Below, in pieces: positions 22,503 through 35,058 of a stretch of DNA of 64,000 nt. The translations under genes were made by a program, and so were the position numbers. The DNA is from Williopsis jadinii. Its lineage: Eukaryota. The notes under the pieces were generated by a model. That model did not search any database. It was not told the DNA's origin and saw nothing but the letters and a program-made list of their open reading frames with translations. Numbering within the stretch: the first letter of the stretch is position 1; each line of letters starts with the position of its first letter. The stretch covers positions 3,968,001-4,032,000 of the forward strand of contig AP024664.1 in the NCBI GenBank assembly GCA_024346625.1. Direction: 5' to 3'.

Positions 22503-24059
22503 TATGCTGTGTTCTATAGTACTTGTTCTCCACTGAACTGCTCAAAATAGGCCATAACACAAGCCACCATAGAATTATAAAACCAACAAGAGATCAAAAC
22601 ACAAACCTCTTATACTTGCTGAATTAGATTATAGATCTGTTTGCATTACAAATCCATGTCTCTCTGTATTATAATGATGAGCTCTTAAGCCCTGCGCTGC
22701 TACGGTTCAGCCCGTGCTTCCTCGGCCGTCGCTATCCGCACCCACGGCTATCCGGGCCCGGAGCCCAGCTACTTTAGGAAGTTGAGGCCGCGTAGAATGT
22801 CTGGGCTGCAAGTGGGTTCTGGTGCCCTTTAACTCCACCAACGATGATTAGCAGCTTACGAGCTGTGTAAAGCACGGTGGGTGTTCACGGTTGGGCGAGG
22901 GTTTTGACCTTTGCACCCTGTGCATCTTTGGGTGCCGAGGGCTTCCGTTGCAACGGGGGAGTTTCGGAGAGGGACCCCTTGTGCGTAGCTCTGAGATGAG
23001 AGCCCGTGGGGACTCATCTGTGTAGTTGTTAACGAGTATATATGTATATATATGGGTGTGAGTTGGTCATTGTAAGGAGTGCCACACCGTTGTAGGCTTA
23101 TTACCCTGGGAAGGCGTGAGCTGTAGCTTCTCGGGGTTGACTCTGAGCTCCTCAGCGCTTATGATGGATGGTTTGGTGTTTCAGCGATGGTCAGTTTTGG
23201 CAGAGACCAGTTTGGAGGCCGTGATACGTAACAATGCTCACGTCAAAATTGTAGATGCTTTGGTACCGTTTTCTCTTGTATTTTGGCTGTTTAGGGGTGA
23301 TGCAGTGCCTTGGTAGTCCAGGGTCTCTGTGCTCCACAGGCCCTGGGACTTGTGCCTTGTTACAGCATCAGATTGGCATGTTTCATAGCGCACAGTCATA
23401 ACCTTTGTACGTTCCAGGACTCTCCAAGCGTGTAAGTCTCAGTGCTGCTAGCATCATGAATAGGACATAACACACCAGATCTGTATTCTGTATTGTTTTT
23501 ATCTAGCAAGGAGCTGAACTTTGTACGTACAAATAGGTAGATTAGAGACACATGAAGCTATGCGTTCAGACACACACACGGCTACTATGTTTACTTGTGG
23601 GATTATCCTCATATATAACTCATAACGATTCCAGTAGACACATCTTACGTTGTCGCCTTCAGTCACAAGGTTCTTGGATCTTGGTGTGCATCAGATTCTA
23701 AGGATATTCACTCAAGCACGATGTTCGTCCTCAGCACTTTTTGCATCATTTCAATGAACCATTTCAGTGAAAATGAGCAAGTTTAGCCATATTTGTAAAA
23801 GAGGTTTCCCTTTCGGATGCCTTCAGCAAGTATGTTACAGTACTAACACCTAGATTATAGCGTGTATGGGGCGTTGTTTATTTACCTGTAGCTTGCAGAA
23901 GAGTGTAAAATCTCCAAAATGAGCAAATATTTAGCCTTAGCAAGAGCCTGATTAAACCATATGTGTATATAAAGATGTCAATTCCAGCTCAGATCTTGCT
24001 AGAGATCCCTTATTGTCCCATTTGCTGTACAAGAATATATCATTATTGACTATAACAAA

Positions 24060-25400
24060 ATGACCTACACTCGTTTAACTATTCTGCTTACGATCTTCTC
24101 AACAACCATCTTGGCTGCAACAAGTACTTTCAACATGGTCCTTGAGGCACCTGATACGCTTGTTGAAGGATTTTATCTGTCCAGTATTGGTTCACGTGTT
24201 GATATTACCAAAGCAGAAAACTCAATGTCAGGTTACATTAATGATGACGGTCAGTTGATAGTGGATGGAAAACCAATGGGTGTTGGGAGAAACTTTTTGG
24301 CAACAGTTGCTAGCTCTTCCTTTTGGTCTGTGTCCTACAATTTCACTATTGAAGATAGCTACCTAAAGCTCTATGACTCTGACTTTCACGCAGTGCCAAA
24401 TGGTGAAGGTTTGGGTGATTATGTGCTTGGCTCTGTCAATGCTGCAGCTGGAAGAAGCGATATGATCGAAGTTAAAATACTTGCAGTTGATTCTGATGGT
24501 AATCCAATCGCTGATTTCAACCCAAATGTGGTTGTGTCATCTTCCTCAGTCTCTTCTAGCTCTTCTGACTCTTCAACCTCTTCTGCCTCCTCAGCCTCTT
24601 TTGCCTCTTCAACCTCTTCAACCTCTTCAACCTCTTCAACCTCTTCAACCTCTTCAACCTCTTCAACCTCTTCAACCTCTTCAACCTCTTCAACCTCTTC
24701 AACCTCTTCAACCTCTTCAACCTCTTCAACCTCTTCAACCTCTTCAACCTCTTCGACCTGTTCATCAGAAGAAGAAACATCTTCATCTGTCAGTTCCACC
24801 GACGAGATCACTTCAGCAGTTACTTCTGAAGAGAATACATCTTCCGTGACTCCTACTGCTCAGTCATCTCTCTCCGTATCTACATCTGGTATTTCTGCGG
24901 ATTATTCATCAATTGTTACCCAAATGAGTTTCAGCAACATATCTACTTCTACCGTTTCTCTTGATAAAACAACAGTGGTTACAATTACCTCTTGTGAAAC
25001 AGAATCTTGTACTACCGGAGTCTTTACCACTGGTATCACTGTTGTAACTGAAACTGTTAATGGTATGGTCACCGAATACACAACCTACTGTCCAATTGAA
25101 ACTGCCACAACAGTGGTGGTGAGCTCAAAGGAAACAACATCTGAAGCAATAACTACACAGGAGACTACCGAAACCACTGGTACTGAAGCCCATGGGACAG
25201 AAACTATAAAGTCTGTAACCACCATTACCAAGACATCTGAAGGTACCTCCAAAGCCACTACTGGAGCAGCCACTACTAGAGCAGCCACTTCAACTGTCGA
25301 AGGCACTACCTTTCCAGAAGTTAGCACTTTCCAGGGTGATGCATTGCGGTTGGGATCATCTTCTCTAGCTTTGTTAGGTGTTTTGATGTTCTTGGCTTAA
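24060..25400 (+). CDS. GPI-anchored Ser/Thr-rich cell-wall protein/adhesin
   Basis: Signal peptide, ~130-aa globular N-domain, (TSS)n stalk, flocculin-type [17 protein letters not shown] motifs and GPI signal; TATATAAA at 23967. Confidence 0.85.
   Translation: MTYTRLTILLTIFSTTILAATSTFNMVLEAPDTLVEGFYLSSIGSRVDITKAENSMSGYINDDGQLIVDGKPMGVGRNFLATVASSSFWSVSYNFTIEDSYLKLYDSDFHAVPNGEGLGDYVLGSVNAAAGRSDMIEVKILAVDSDGNPIADFNPNVVVSSSSVSSSSSDSSTSSASSASFASSTSSTSSTSSTSSTSSTSSTSSTSSTSSTSSTSSTSSTSSTSSTSSTSSTCSSEEETSSSVSSTDEITSAVTSEENTSSVTPTAQSSLSVSTSGISADYSSIVTQMSFSNISTSTVSLDKTTVVTITSCETESCTTGVFTTGITVVTETVNGMVTEYTTYCPIETATTVVVSSKETTSEAITTQETTETTGTEAHGTETIKSVTTITKTSEGTSKATTGAATTRAATSTVEGTTFPEVSTFQGDALRLGSSSLALLGVLMFLA
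24604..24754 (+). repeat. Perfect 9-bp coding tandem repeat (CCTCTTCAA), about 16-17 copies, encoding (TSS)n
   Basis: Directly visible; degenerate copies extend back to about 24540. Confidence 0.97.
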
Positions 25401-28326
25401 TAAGTTGCGTCTTATAAATTAATATTGAATTAAATTTACTATCTTCTGAATTGATATGATAAAACTCATAATATGCATAATTTCAAAAAAAACCTATAAA
25501 TCACATACGCTGTACAAAAAACATACAAGTGCCCTTTTAACCTATTGGGTCATTCTCATATTTTAACCTAAGATATGGAGCGAGCAACTATTGCTAGATA
25601 CGATATAGAAGCGCTCTCTGCGCATATTTATAGGACAGTTGATTGGTTTGCAGAGACCAATCAGTGAGGTAACTATATATCGGCCATTCATCACGATGTA
25701 GAAGGACAGCGAACTATAGATGCGCACAACACTGAGAGCCCCAGAACACAATGGAATGCACGTTTTCGGTATAACTGTTATGTTAATCTGCCATTATATT
25801 TACTCCAATCAACTACATGGTTACCGTAAGGTGTGATCAGGTTGAAATGTCAGATAAATTGTAATGTGTCGCGTTGTCGTTAGATAAGCTTGTGCCATCA
25901 ATTCCCGCAAGCTGTATAAAATAGGAACAAGAAAACACCGAATACATTGTGCCATTCTCACTCCATTGTCTTCAACATAGTTGGGACTCCATGGACATCG
26001 CAATTGAAGTACAAATTTCGGGGTTTAAACGCTACATACATTTGCATAAGGGCCATTGAATTGTTGAATTTTGCAATTTGTACAGGTAATCACCGGAGCC
26101 GGTCGGTTAGAATTAAGACAGCTTCACCTAAAAGTTGAACTGAAAACCCCACATACGTGGTCATCAGTATGTGAGCAATGGCATTAAGTAGCTTTTGCTG
26201 TTCTATTACGTTACTGCCGTGGAGAGGAAGATAGCAGCGGGAGATTTACACTCTAACGCTCTATGTGTGTAGTTCTGAAGGATAAATCTGCCTCAAAGTT
26301 GGAACCCCTTGGTAACCGAAACCTCGGCTTTAAGTACAATTCGTCCTCGTACGCTAGACATCTTCCGAGTCTTGACCATGTGCCACTTACACGTCATTTA
26401 CATACCTTCAATTACCAATTGTTCAAAAGAGTGTATTGAAGAGAGAGCAACATTAAAGCTCGTCAGAAATAACATCTGTCGATCTGAGGCAGCCGGTTTG
26501 TAGTGTTCATTCGCTCTTTGCATTTAAGTCGATGGAAGAGCTGACTCCTTACTAAGCGGCTCCAACACAAGGAGGACCAAACCATATCTGTGTTCCAACG
26601 CCGTAAATCTTCCTCATGTACAAACATGAATAACTTGTTCGGCTGAGACAGCAGTACGGTGGTGGAATAGAAAATCTGACAGTGCACATGGAACAGCTCA
26701 GAGAGACAAGAATATTTACACCACTGATCTCTATCTGAATGGATCTGTCAATTGTGATAGTCGATAATCAATGGCACTCCAAAAGCCGATATCAAAACAG
26801 TTTTACCGTTTCCCGGTTCCAAAAGCCTCTTTTGTTCTCTTCACGCACAGTAGCCACATCTACATATACTTTCGTAGTGCACAACCGTATATATACCTCG
26901 AGATCAACAATATTGTTGATGCCAAGATTACGCTGAACAACTTTATTGCCCATATTTCACGGTCCTTAATGTCGAATTTTACTATCATGACGATACGTGA
27001 CGACTGCCCAAAGATCAACCTGTAATTGTCGTGATTATTGGGAATCCCGGCTCAATTACTCCTTGGAGCATACACCCTCGACGCCTAGCTGCACACATAG
27101 GGACACCAGTGTGATCATTAAGCCGTGATTCTATAGGCACACCTTTATTGCCCAAGTTAAACGCCCCGTTACCCGTGGCTCTTTATTAAGGCGAATAAGC
27201 GCATAGCTTGCTGCAGCCAAATGCGAAAGGGGAATGTGTTGCCGGGATTTCAGAGCGTTTTAATTGGACGCCATGGACGGGCTTTTCTGTGGGGGCAGGG
27301 GGTCTCGTGGAATTTAACAGGAGACGCCATTGTATGGAGCACAAACTATACGGGACTCAGATCGATGTATAGATATCTCAATCTATCCAATTCCCGTACT
27401 TCAGTACACCACCGAAAAACAAGTTGGCAGTTTAACACGGGATGCAGTTATATAATCTTCATAATTCAACTAAGACGCCGCTATGGTGTTGGCTTGTGTT
27501 CCCAATTTTTAACTTCTCCTCAAAGTCAAAAAGGAATCCGTGGATCACCGACCGATTCACGGGACAAATTTGCAGCTGTGTCAGAGCAACAAAATGCGAA
27601 GATACACATGCTGTTACATTGCAACTGGCGCAAACTTCAAAGTTATCTGTCCCAGTAGAAGTTGTGGATTCATGCGACAAAACAGGGGTGGACATTAGAA
27701 CCCCTAAGGTCTTTCGAGCTTGCGAGAAAAGCGTACTAACCTGTATCGTGTGTCTAAGCAATAGTTCCCCGTCGCTAATGGACGGACCTCTCACTTGTAG
27801 GTGTTGATCTACCGTGGAAGGACTTGCAAAAAAAGCCAATTAACCAAGACAACACCTCAAGCCTCGAGCTGTATATAGCTTATCGTGACTCAGCGCTGTG
27901 TAGTATGATAATGGCTTTCGGTAATTGAGACATGGAGCTTGGAAAACAGTACATGGGGCTTTGCAACTTTAACGTCGTACGAATTCCTGCCCAAAGCCTC
28001 GTTTTCTTTTCACACGGGCTCCAGTGCAAAAGCCTAAGTGGCCTGCACGACCAATCCTCACACCAAGCTGTGCTAAGAGAAACGAATATGTAGCGAAATG
28101 CCACATGCATTTATGTGTATAAGGTGGTGACTGAAATTTCAATTGCCGATTACCGAAGGGTCGTACAGAAACGAGGAATGGGGAAAAAGATCAAAAGCCC
28201 CACGGAATCCTGATTAAAGATATAAAGGAATAAGACTGGCGCATTTCTCCCAACTTTTCCTCCCCTGTACTCCTTCGCATTCTCTCCTATCATCAACAAG
28301 TACACAGCTTCTCCAGCCTACATCAA

Positions 28327-31236
28327 ATGCCTCCGACGAAAAGACCCGTGGCAAGACACGCATGTCTGGCTTGCCGTGAAAAGAAAATCAAATGTGACGG
28401 CGAACAACCTCCGCAGCCAGGTGAGCTTTTCAATGAGATTAGAAGACAGAGGTGTACGCACTGTAAGAACTTGGGTATCGAGTGTGTGTTTGTACGCTCA
28501 CAACGTGGAGGAAGACGTAAGAAAGATGCAAACGGTGTTACTGGTGCGGTCAGTGCCAGTGATAGCGGCAGCGTTTCGGAACCATCAGGTACAGCCACCA
28601 CGACAGCAGGCTGTCTGACTTCTCAGCCACCACTACCACTACAACAGCAAGATCAGCAGCAGAATCGTTTCATTGCGCCCGACAGAAGAACACTGGATGA
28701 TGTCGTAAGAATGGATGCCGCAACACCGCCTGTGTTCAGTGGAAGAGAAGCAGTTCCTGGCTACTCAACAGCAGGGTCGTCGTGGTTGCAATCACCGTTG
28801 ACCTCTTCATCAAGAGCCAGACTATCAACTGGTGATGGCTCTCAGTACACCTTACAAGAGAAGGTACAGCAGCTGCAAAGAGATGCTGCTGACTTGCAGT
28901 CACGGATCATGGATAAGGCGGAGTCTCAAGGGTCATCTGTCACTCCATCGGAGAGCAGTTACTTCTCGAGAGACGGGTACAGCCGAGCAAACTCGTGGAC
29001 TGGTAGTAATGCTCCACTGCCTCCGCCACCACGTCAAGCGGGAAGTGATCGAGGCAATTCGCACTCACATCCGCCTCATCATCACCAGTACCCTCATCCT
29101 CATCGTTCCCACCGCCGCCATGATCATGGTCCTCCACCACCACCACCACCACCACCTCCTCCTCCTCCTCCTCCTCCAGCAGGCGGAGCATCACCACCGC
29201 CGCCACCGCCACCACCAATGGGTCTTCATCACCACCATCCGCTGTTCTACCCACCACCTCCTCTCCACGCGATGCATCCTCCTCCTCCTCCACACGGGTT
29301 CCCAGGTTGTCCGCCTGGCGGTCCAGGCTATCCTGGTGGCCCTGGAGGTCCTCATGGCTTCAGAGGTCGTGGAGGGCCTCGTGATCCTCGTGGGCACAGT
29401 CCAAGACACGAGTATGGTGAAGAGCGCACAACCATTTCCAAGTTTGATATCAGCCTTCCAAAACTGTCACGTACAGTACCTTACATCTCATTTTCCGATG
29501 AAGAGTTGGAGCAGTTTGACTTGCCAGATTGGAGAACCACTTGCATCTTGATTGATCTGTATTACAGATACATTCATCCTTCAAGGCCTTTCTTGCCTCC
29601 GAAGCATAGATTGGTTTACCAGATCCAGATTCGTCAAGATGCAGCTCTATTGCACGCCATGTTCTCTTCGAGTTGTCGTTTTGCATCTAGTATTGTTGTT
29701 CCAAATGCCAACCTTAGAGATCCACAACATTGGTATTTCCTTGCGGAGAAATACTGGGACTTGATGGATTTGGAGAGCTCTTTACAGGCTTTGGTGTTAC
29801 TCATGGGTGCGCTGGGACCAGGTGGATACGTTCAGCAGTCTATTGAAGGATCTGAAAGAGTATACTCGTTATTGAAAGTTACTAGTGTGCTGAACACGCA
29901 CAATATCAAGGATTGGAGGGAATTTGCGAATATCATCACCAAGCGAGAGGCTGTCAAACATGAGGATGTTCTGAGAACCATTTGGTCGTCTTGGAAGTTG
30001 AACGTCTTTATCAGAATTAACAGAGGTGCACCATTCAACAAACTGTCTCCAAACTTGTTGGAGTTCCCATATTCGATGCCAATGCCACTAAGCGATGCCC
30101 AGTACAACTCTAACATGTCGATCTTTGATACAAATGACAACCATGGATTGTTAACCTTGAGATATAAAACATGGCAAGAACTCGAAAGAGAATTGAACAG
30201 TGCAGTGATTTCTCCTGATGCCACTAATCTCTCTCGTATCACGGATTCCGATTTGAACATTGCCTCTATCAAACTCATTGAAGAGATTATGGATTCCATC
30301 TCTAACGGACGTCTTAGCCAGTTGATGGTTTCTGAGTTCAATGAGAAATGCCATGCGCTTGTACAGATTACCATGAAGAACTTGTACCAGGTTTCACATA
30401 TCAAGAAGAAGATGATTGTTGTGAACATTTCAAACTTATTCGCACTCTTGCTCTTATACCTGGGTAAGATCATCATTAACGTTACCCAATGTGCCCCTCT
30501 TTTGCTTATTAGACCTCATGAGACGAATTCCAATAGTAACCCGGACGATGTGTTCAACTCTCTCTACAAGAGTAAGTTGGAGGATATTCAACGCACATGC
30601 CTTTCACTTACAAATGAACAGTTGGAGTCTTTCCTCAACACATACAAGGCATCATTGGAAGTTATCAATCTAATTGAGCTTGGGCTGGGTAAAGTTCCAG
30701 AGTCCGAGTGTTCAAACACACCTGCACAAGTGATTGGAGGTCCAGTTAACTTGACCCCAGCTGGGGAGATTACTTCGCTGAAGACCAACGACAACTGGTG
30801 GGTAAATGCTATTCAGGAGCCTGGTAAATCCATGAGTGCACAGGTACAGTCTTACAACGAGTTTCCAGATATCTGGCTACAGTATCCGATTTTCTCCATA
30901 GTTGTTGTTGCCAATGCCCTTACTGTCTTAGCATCTGCAGTGGTGTTGACGAAAGTGCTATCATTTCAGGAGATTGATTCGCAAGGACTGAGCCTTGGTG
31001 AGAAAAGAATACAGTGGCTCGCTGGTGAAAACAAACACTCCGTCACGATGAAGGTGAGCGAACAGGACCTCAACCTGCTAAAGAAGCGTTTCAACGCATT
31101 CCAGATCCATGAGGATATAACACTCTGCTCAAAGTATATACAAGTACATGGCCGTTTCTGGCCCTACGTTGAGAGCATATCATACCAGGCAGAGGCAATC
31201 ATGAATTACATTGACGATATCATCAACAAGCCTTAA
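28327..31236 (+). CDS. Zn(II)2Cys6 transcription factor with Pro/His-rich region and fungal TF middle-homology domain
   Basis: CLACREKKIKC-x19-CTHCKNLGIEC and LIDLYYRYIHPSRPFL. Confidence 0.9.
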   Translation: MPPTKRPVARHACLACREKKIKCDGEQPPQPGELFNEIRRQRCTHCKNLGIECVFVRSQRGGRRKKDANGVTGAVSASDSGSVSEPSGTATTTAGCLTSQPPLPLQQQDQQQNRFIAPDRRTLDDVVRMDAATPPVFSGREAVPGYSTAGSSWLQSPLTSSSRARLSTGDGSQYTLQEKVQQLQRDAADLQSRIMDKAESQGSSVTPSESSYFSRDGYSRANSWTGSNAPLPPPPRQAGSDRGNSHSHPPHHHQYPHPHRSHRRHDHGPPPPPPPPPPPPPPPPAGGASPPPPPPPPMGLHHHHPLFYPPPPLHAMHPPPPPHGFPGCPPGGPGYPGGPGGPHGFRGRGGPRDPRGHSPRHEYGEERTTISKFDISLPKLSRTVPYISFSDEELEQFDLPDWRTTCILIDLYYRYIHPSRPFLPPKHRLVYQIQIRQDAALLHAMFSSSCRFASSIVVPNANLRDPQHWYFLAEKYWDLMDLESSLQALVLLMGALGPGGYVQQSIEGSERVYSLLKVTSVLNTHNIKDWREFANIITKREAVKHEDVLRTIWSSWKLNVFIRINRGAPFNKLSPNLLEFPYSMPMPLSDAQYNSNMSIFDTNDNHGLLTLRYKTWQELERELNSAVISPDATNLSRITDSDLNIASIKLIEEIMDSISNGRLSQLMVSEFNEKCHALVQITMKNLYQVSHIKKKMIVVNISNLFALLLLYLGKIIINVTQCAPLLLIRPHETNSNSNPDDVFNSLYKSKLEDIQRTCLSLTNEQLESFLNTYKASLEVINLIELGLGKVPESECSNTPAQVIGGPVNLTPAGEITSLKTNDNWWVNAIQEPGKSMSAQVQSYNEFPDIWLQYPIFSIVVVANALTVLASAVVLTKVLSFQEIDSQGLSLGEKRIQWLAGENKHSVTMKVSEQDLNLLKKRFNAFQIHEDITLCSKYIQVHGRFWPYVESISYQAEAIMNYIDDIINKP
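29055..29295 (+). repeat. CCA/CCT/CAC trinucleotide low-complexity tract encoding poly-Pro and His runs
   Basis: Directly visible inside the Zn-cluster gene. Confidence 0.85.
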
Positions 31237-31507
31237 TATGCTCACTAATTGGCTAATTCGAATACACATCACTCTTATCGTTAAGCCATCTCGCTGTAGA
31301 AAGTAGCGTTTCGCCTGTGGTTGCCCGACAGGGAAAGGTGTGCCCCTACCGCTAGCCACAGTTGTCCCCTCCACATCTCCCGTCACATAATGTCTGCTCT
31401 CTCGGGTTTGTTATCTATTTTGGTTATACATATATTTATGTATATAAAGCCCATTGAGCTCTTCAACTGAGTATTAGCTCGTCCATTCCGGAGCAGAGTA
31501 TTGCACA

Positions 31508-32933
31508 ATGGGTATCAATTTCTTCAAAGGACATCCGACGGAGTCTCTGCTGCCGAGCAAGGCCATCACGGAAGCTGTCACCAAGCTGCTGACGGGCCCG
31601 AGGGACTTTGACCTTGGTAAGTATATGGCTGTTTCTATGTGTCTTCTGTGTGTATCTTACATGTGAGATGTGGTGTTACATGTCACTCGCGAGCATGTGG
31701 AGAGCATATGGCATGGACTTGTGTGTTGAGCAATGGTGGACTGACCATTATACAGACCCTGAGGATAGACATCCACTGTCGTATGGGTCGGACCAGGGGT
31801 CGCTGTGGGTACGCACTGAGATTGCCAGATTCCATTCGAAGGTGTTCAGAGATGCCGGCACCGAGCCGAGTCATATCAACCTGACTGGTGGTGCATCCTA
31901 CGGTATCATGAACATTCTGGCTCAAACGACCCTGCCGCACACCGGCTATACCAAACAGGCCTTCATAATCTCCCCGACCTACTTCCTCATCAATGAGACC
32001 TTTATCGACGCCGGCTTTGGCGGTAAACTCACCGCTATCGACGAACTCGAGGGCACCATCGACTTTGCTCTCTTGGAGATCAAGCTGAGGCACTTTTCGT
32101 CGGGCCCGGGATCAGACGAAGGCGACTTGGACCTCATCAACGCTCCAACCGCTGCAACTAAGAAGAAGATCTATAAATTCGTCTTGTACTGCATTCCGAG
32201 CTTTTCTAACCCTGGCGGTGAGACCTACGATCTAGCGACTCGTTCCAAGCTGATCGACTTGGCTAGAGAGTACGATATGCTTATAATCACTGACGATGTC
32301 TATGACCTTTTGGACTATACACAGCCGCTTGACAAGCTGCCTGTTGTGCTACCTCGGTTGACGCACCTGGACCGACTCACAGCCAAAAACGACTACGGTA
32401 ACACGGTCTCCAACTCAACCTTCTCCAAGTTGATTGCACCTGGGTTGCGAGTCGGCTACCAGGAGAGTATTAATGATAAGCTGGTGTTCCAGCTGTGCCA
32501 AGGAGGCGCAAACGTGTCTGGTGGATCGCCATCGCAGCTCAACTCCATGATTGTCGGCACGATCTTGAAAGAGGGCCTAATTGATGGCATAATCAATGGC
32601 TTTAGACGCCAATACGCCCAAAGAGCGAAGCATCTACACAGTGCCATTACCAAATACCTCCCACGGGACACAACAGCGTTCGGGTTCGACGGTGGGTACT
32701 TTACATGGGTAACACTCCCTCAGGGCTACGATTCTAGACGCATCGTAAAGAAGCTGAAGGAAGAATATGACGTATTACTCGCCGGTGGAGAAAACTTTGA
32801 AGTTGTGGGAGACAAGCGGGACTGGGGGTCTCGCAGTGTGAGACTCAGCATCAGCTACCTCTCAGTGGCTGAGATCGACCAAGGCGTGGAAACGTGGGGG
32901 AAGGTGATTGACGAGCTCTATCCTCAGAAGTAG
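31508..32933 (+). CDS. Class I/II PLP aminotransferase, YER152C-like (2-aminoadipate transaminase-like; 2 exons)
   Basis: Exon1 31508-31616 (MGINFFKGHP...); intron 31617-31755 (GTAAGT...GACTGAC...CAG); exon2 restores DPEDRHPLSYGSDQG. DDVYD and PLP-lysine TFSKLIAPGLRVG present. Confidence 0.9.
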
Positions 32934-34020
32934 TCGCCAGTGGTGGCTATTCCCTCCCACTGTTTAGGGGTTGATCAAGACGCACGTTGGCGAAGAGCAA
33001 CGGCAAAAGAAACACCTCACACCTGCCCCATGTTGCCTGTACACCATCATATGTGCTTCATACTGGAAGCGATCCCGTTGAGTGATTACTTGCATGCCAC
33101 TGGCCGTGGTTGATTTAACCGGCCAGTTTGTATATTACGTACATGGCCACGTCCCACACACCGTAGCTTATTGACCACTTTTGAGAGTGACCACGCGGCA
33201 TCGCCGATCGTGGTCGCGATGACTGTCGTTTGATCTTGTTTGATCCTGCTCACCCTAAGAGCTATAGCACATCCATGACGTAGTTCTCAGAAGGTTCTAG
33301 ATCCAAGGCCTGCAGTGGCATCGCTAAGGTTTTCCTGAAGCCAAATTGGCATAGCCACCAGGACCTGCTTCGTATCTGGATTAGAAATCGAGCAGCATGG
33401 GAAGGGTCGGACGACCACTTTGCTGTCGTCGCTTTGGTTACCGTTTAGTGCTACATCGGTGGTGTTGGCCGTTTCTTTTTCTTTTTCTTTTCAATTCCGC
33501 TTGGGGATATTAGGGTTCACAGATGCATACACTTCTGCAGGTTCTGCATAAACCGTTGACACTTTAAATCTAGAACTGGACTTCATATACACTTTTCCAC
33601 CGTGTTGAACGGTTTGACCTCTTGATGTGAGCACAGTTGCATACAGATTACTCGCATGGTGGACACTGGTTGATGGAGGGAGGAAAATTTTTTGTCTGTG
33701 TATGTGTGTGTGAGTAGAGGAAAGGGGGTTTGGTGCATCATGGACGATATGCTCAGGTATATAAAGGGTACGTAAGATCCCAGATTTTGATCGTGAGTCA
33801 ACGTATGCTCTTTCACTTCAGCTGTCTGTCGAAAACCAACTGTCCGATCTCTCTGATCTACATTCATTCCTTTCTTTATTCTAAGATCAAAAGCTGAAGC
33901 ATAAGCTTTCACTGTTGTTTTACCCTGGACCAGAGTCTCATTCATTCCTTTAATCTGATAGGTTGTTCCTTCTAAGCTTTATATCTCACACTCTCTTTCA
34001 CTATACGTTCTTGATCTAAT

Positions 34021-35058
34021 ATGTTGTTCAATCAAAACACTCTTCTCTCATTGGCTTTGGCTATTTCGCAAGTTGCTGCTGAGCCAAAACACTCGCACCC
34101 TTCTGTTGAAGGTAAGCAAGTCTCAAGTCTTTTCAAAAGAGCTGGTACCTGTTCCTTGCCATCAACTGGTGGTATCGTTGCAGTTCAGAAAGATGGCCAA
34201 AACGCTGGATGGGCCATGCACAGTGACCAGACCTGTTCTTACGGCTCTTGGTGTCCATATGCTTGTCCACCAGGCCAACTGATGAACCAATGGGATCCAT
34301 CTGTCACCTCCTACAGCTATCCAGGTTCTCAAAATGGTGGTTTGTACTGTAATGAGAACGGTGAGCTCGAGGCCAAGAGAGACGGCTCCTACTGTGTGGA
34401 TGGTGCTGGTACCGTTGTTGCTAAGAACTTGGCTGGAAGAAACGTTGCCATCTGTCAAACAGTCTTGCCAGGTAACGAGGAGATGTTGATCCCAACTGAT
34501 GTTGATGGTAACTCTCAAAAGACCCTGGCTGTCCCAACCCCAGACTACTGGGCTGGTACTGCTGCCCATTACTACATCAATGCCCCAGGTGTTTCTGTTG
34601 CTGATGGATGCAAATGGGGTTCTGTTAACAAGGCAGAAGGAAACTGGGCTCCATACGTTGCAGGCGCAAACCAAGATAGTTCTGGTAACACATATGTCAA
34701 GATTGGCTGGAACCCTATCTATCTTGAGTCTGCTACACCATTCAGAAACACCAAGCCAACCTTTGGTATTAGAATCACATGTCCAGACGGTGGCTGTAAC
34801 GGTGCTCCATGCGAGATCGACCCATCTCAAGGTGCTGTCAACGATATTACTACGGGATCATCCACTAGTGGTGCTGGTGGTGCTAACTTCTGTGTTGTGA
34901 CTGCATCCAAGGGTGTTACTGCTAACATTGAAGCTTTCGAGGTTGGTTCTTCAAAGTCCAAGAGAGATGAAGGTGAACATCAACACCACCACCACGAGCA
35001 TAAGCCATTGCAAACCACCTTGGATATCGTTTACACCACCGAAACTGCTAGCAACTAA
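34021..35058 (+). CDS. Secreted SUN-family (Adg3/YMR244W-like) beta-glucosidase-like protein
   Basis: Signal peptide, KR site, GWAMHSDQTC...CPYACPPG, QTVLPGNEEMLIPT, HYYINAPGVS and GNWAPYVAGA. Confidence 0.85.
   Translation: MLFNQNTLLSLALAISQVAAEPKHSHPSVEGKQVSSLFKRAGTCSLPSTGGIVAVQKDGQNAGWAMHSDQTCSYGSWCPYACPPGQLMNQWDPSVTSYSYPGSQNGGLYCNENGELEAKRDGSYCVDGAGTVVAKNLAGRNVAICQTVLPGNEEMLIPTDVDGNSQKTLAVPTPDYWAGTAAHYYINAPGVSVADGCKWGSVNKAEGNWAPYVAGANQDSSGNTYVKIGWNPIYLESATPFRNTKPTFGIRITCPDGGCNGAPCEIDPSQGAVNDITTGSSTSGAGGANFCVVTASKGVTANIEAFEVGSSKSKRDEGEHQHHHHEHKPLQTTLDIVYTTETASN

Noticed and set aside
24419..24849. ORFs encoding (EEV)n, (LQP)n and (LKR)n
   Set aside because: Alternative-frame shadows of the 9-bp (TSS)n repeat; not genes and not a CRISPR array (no spacers).
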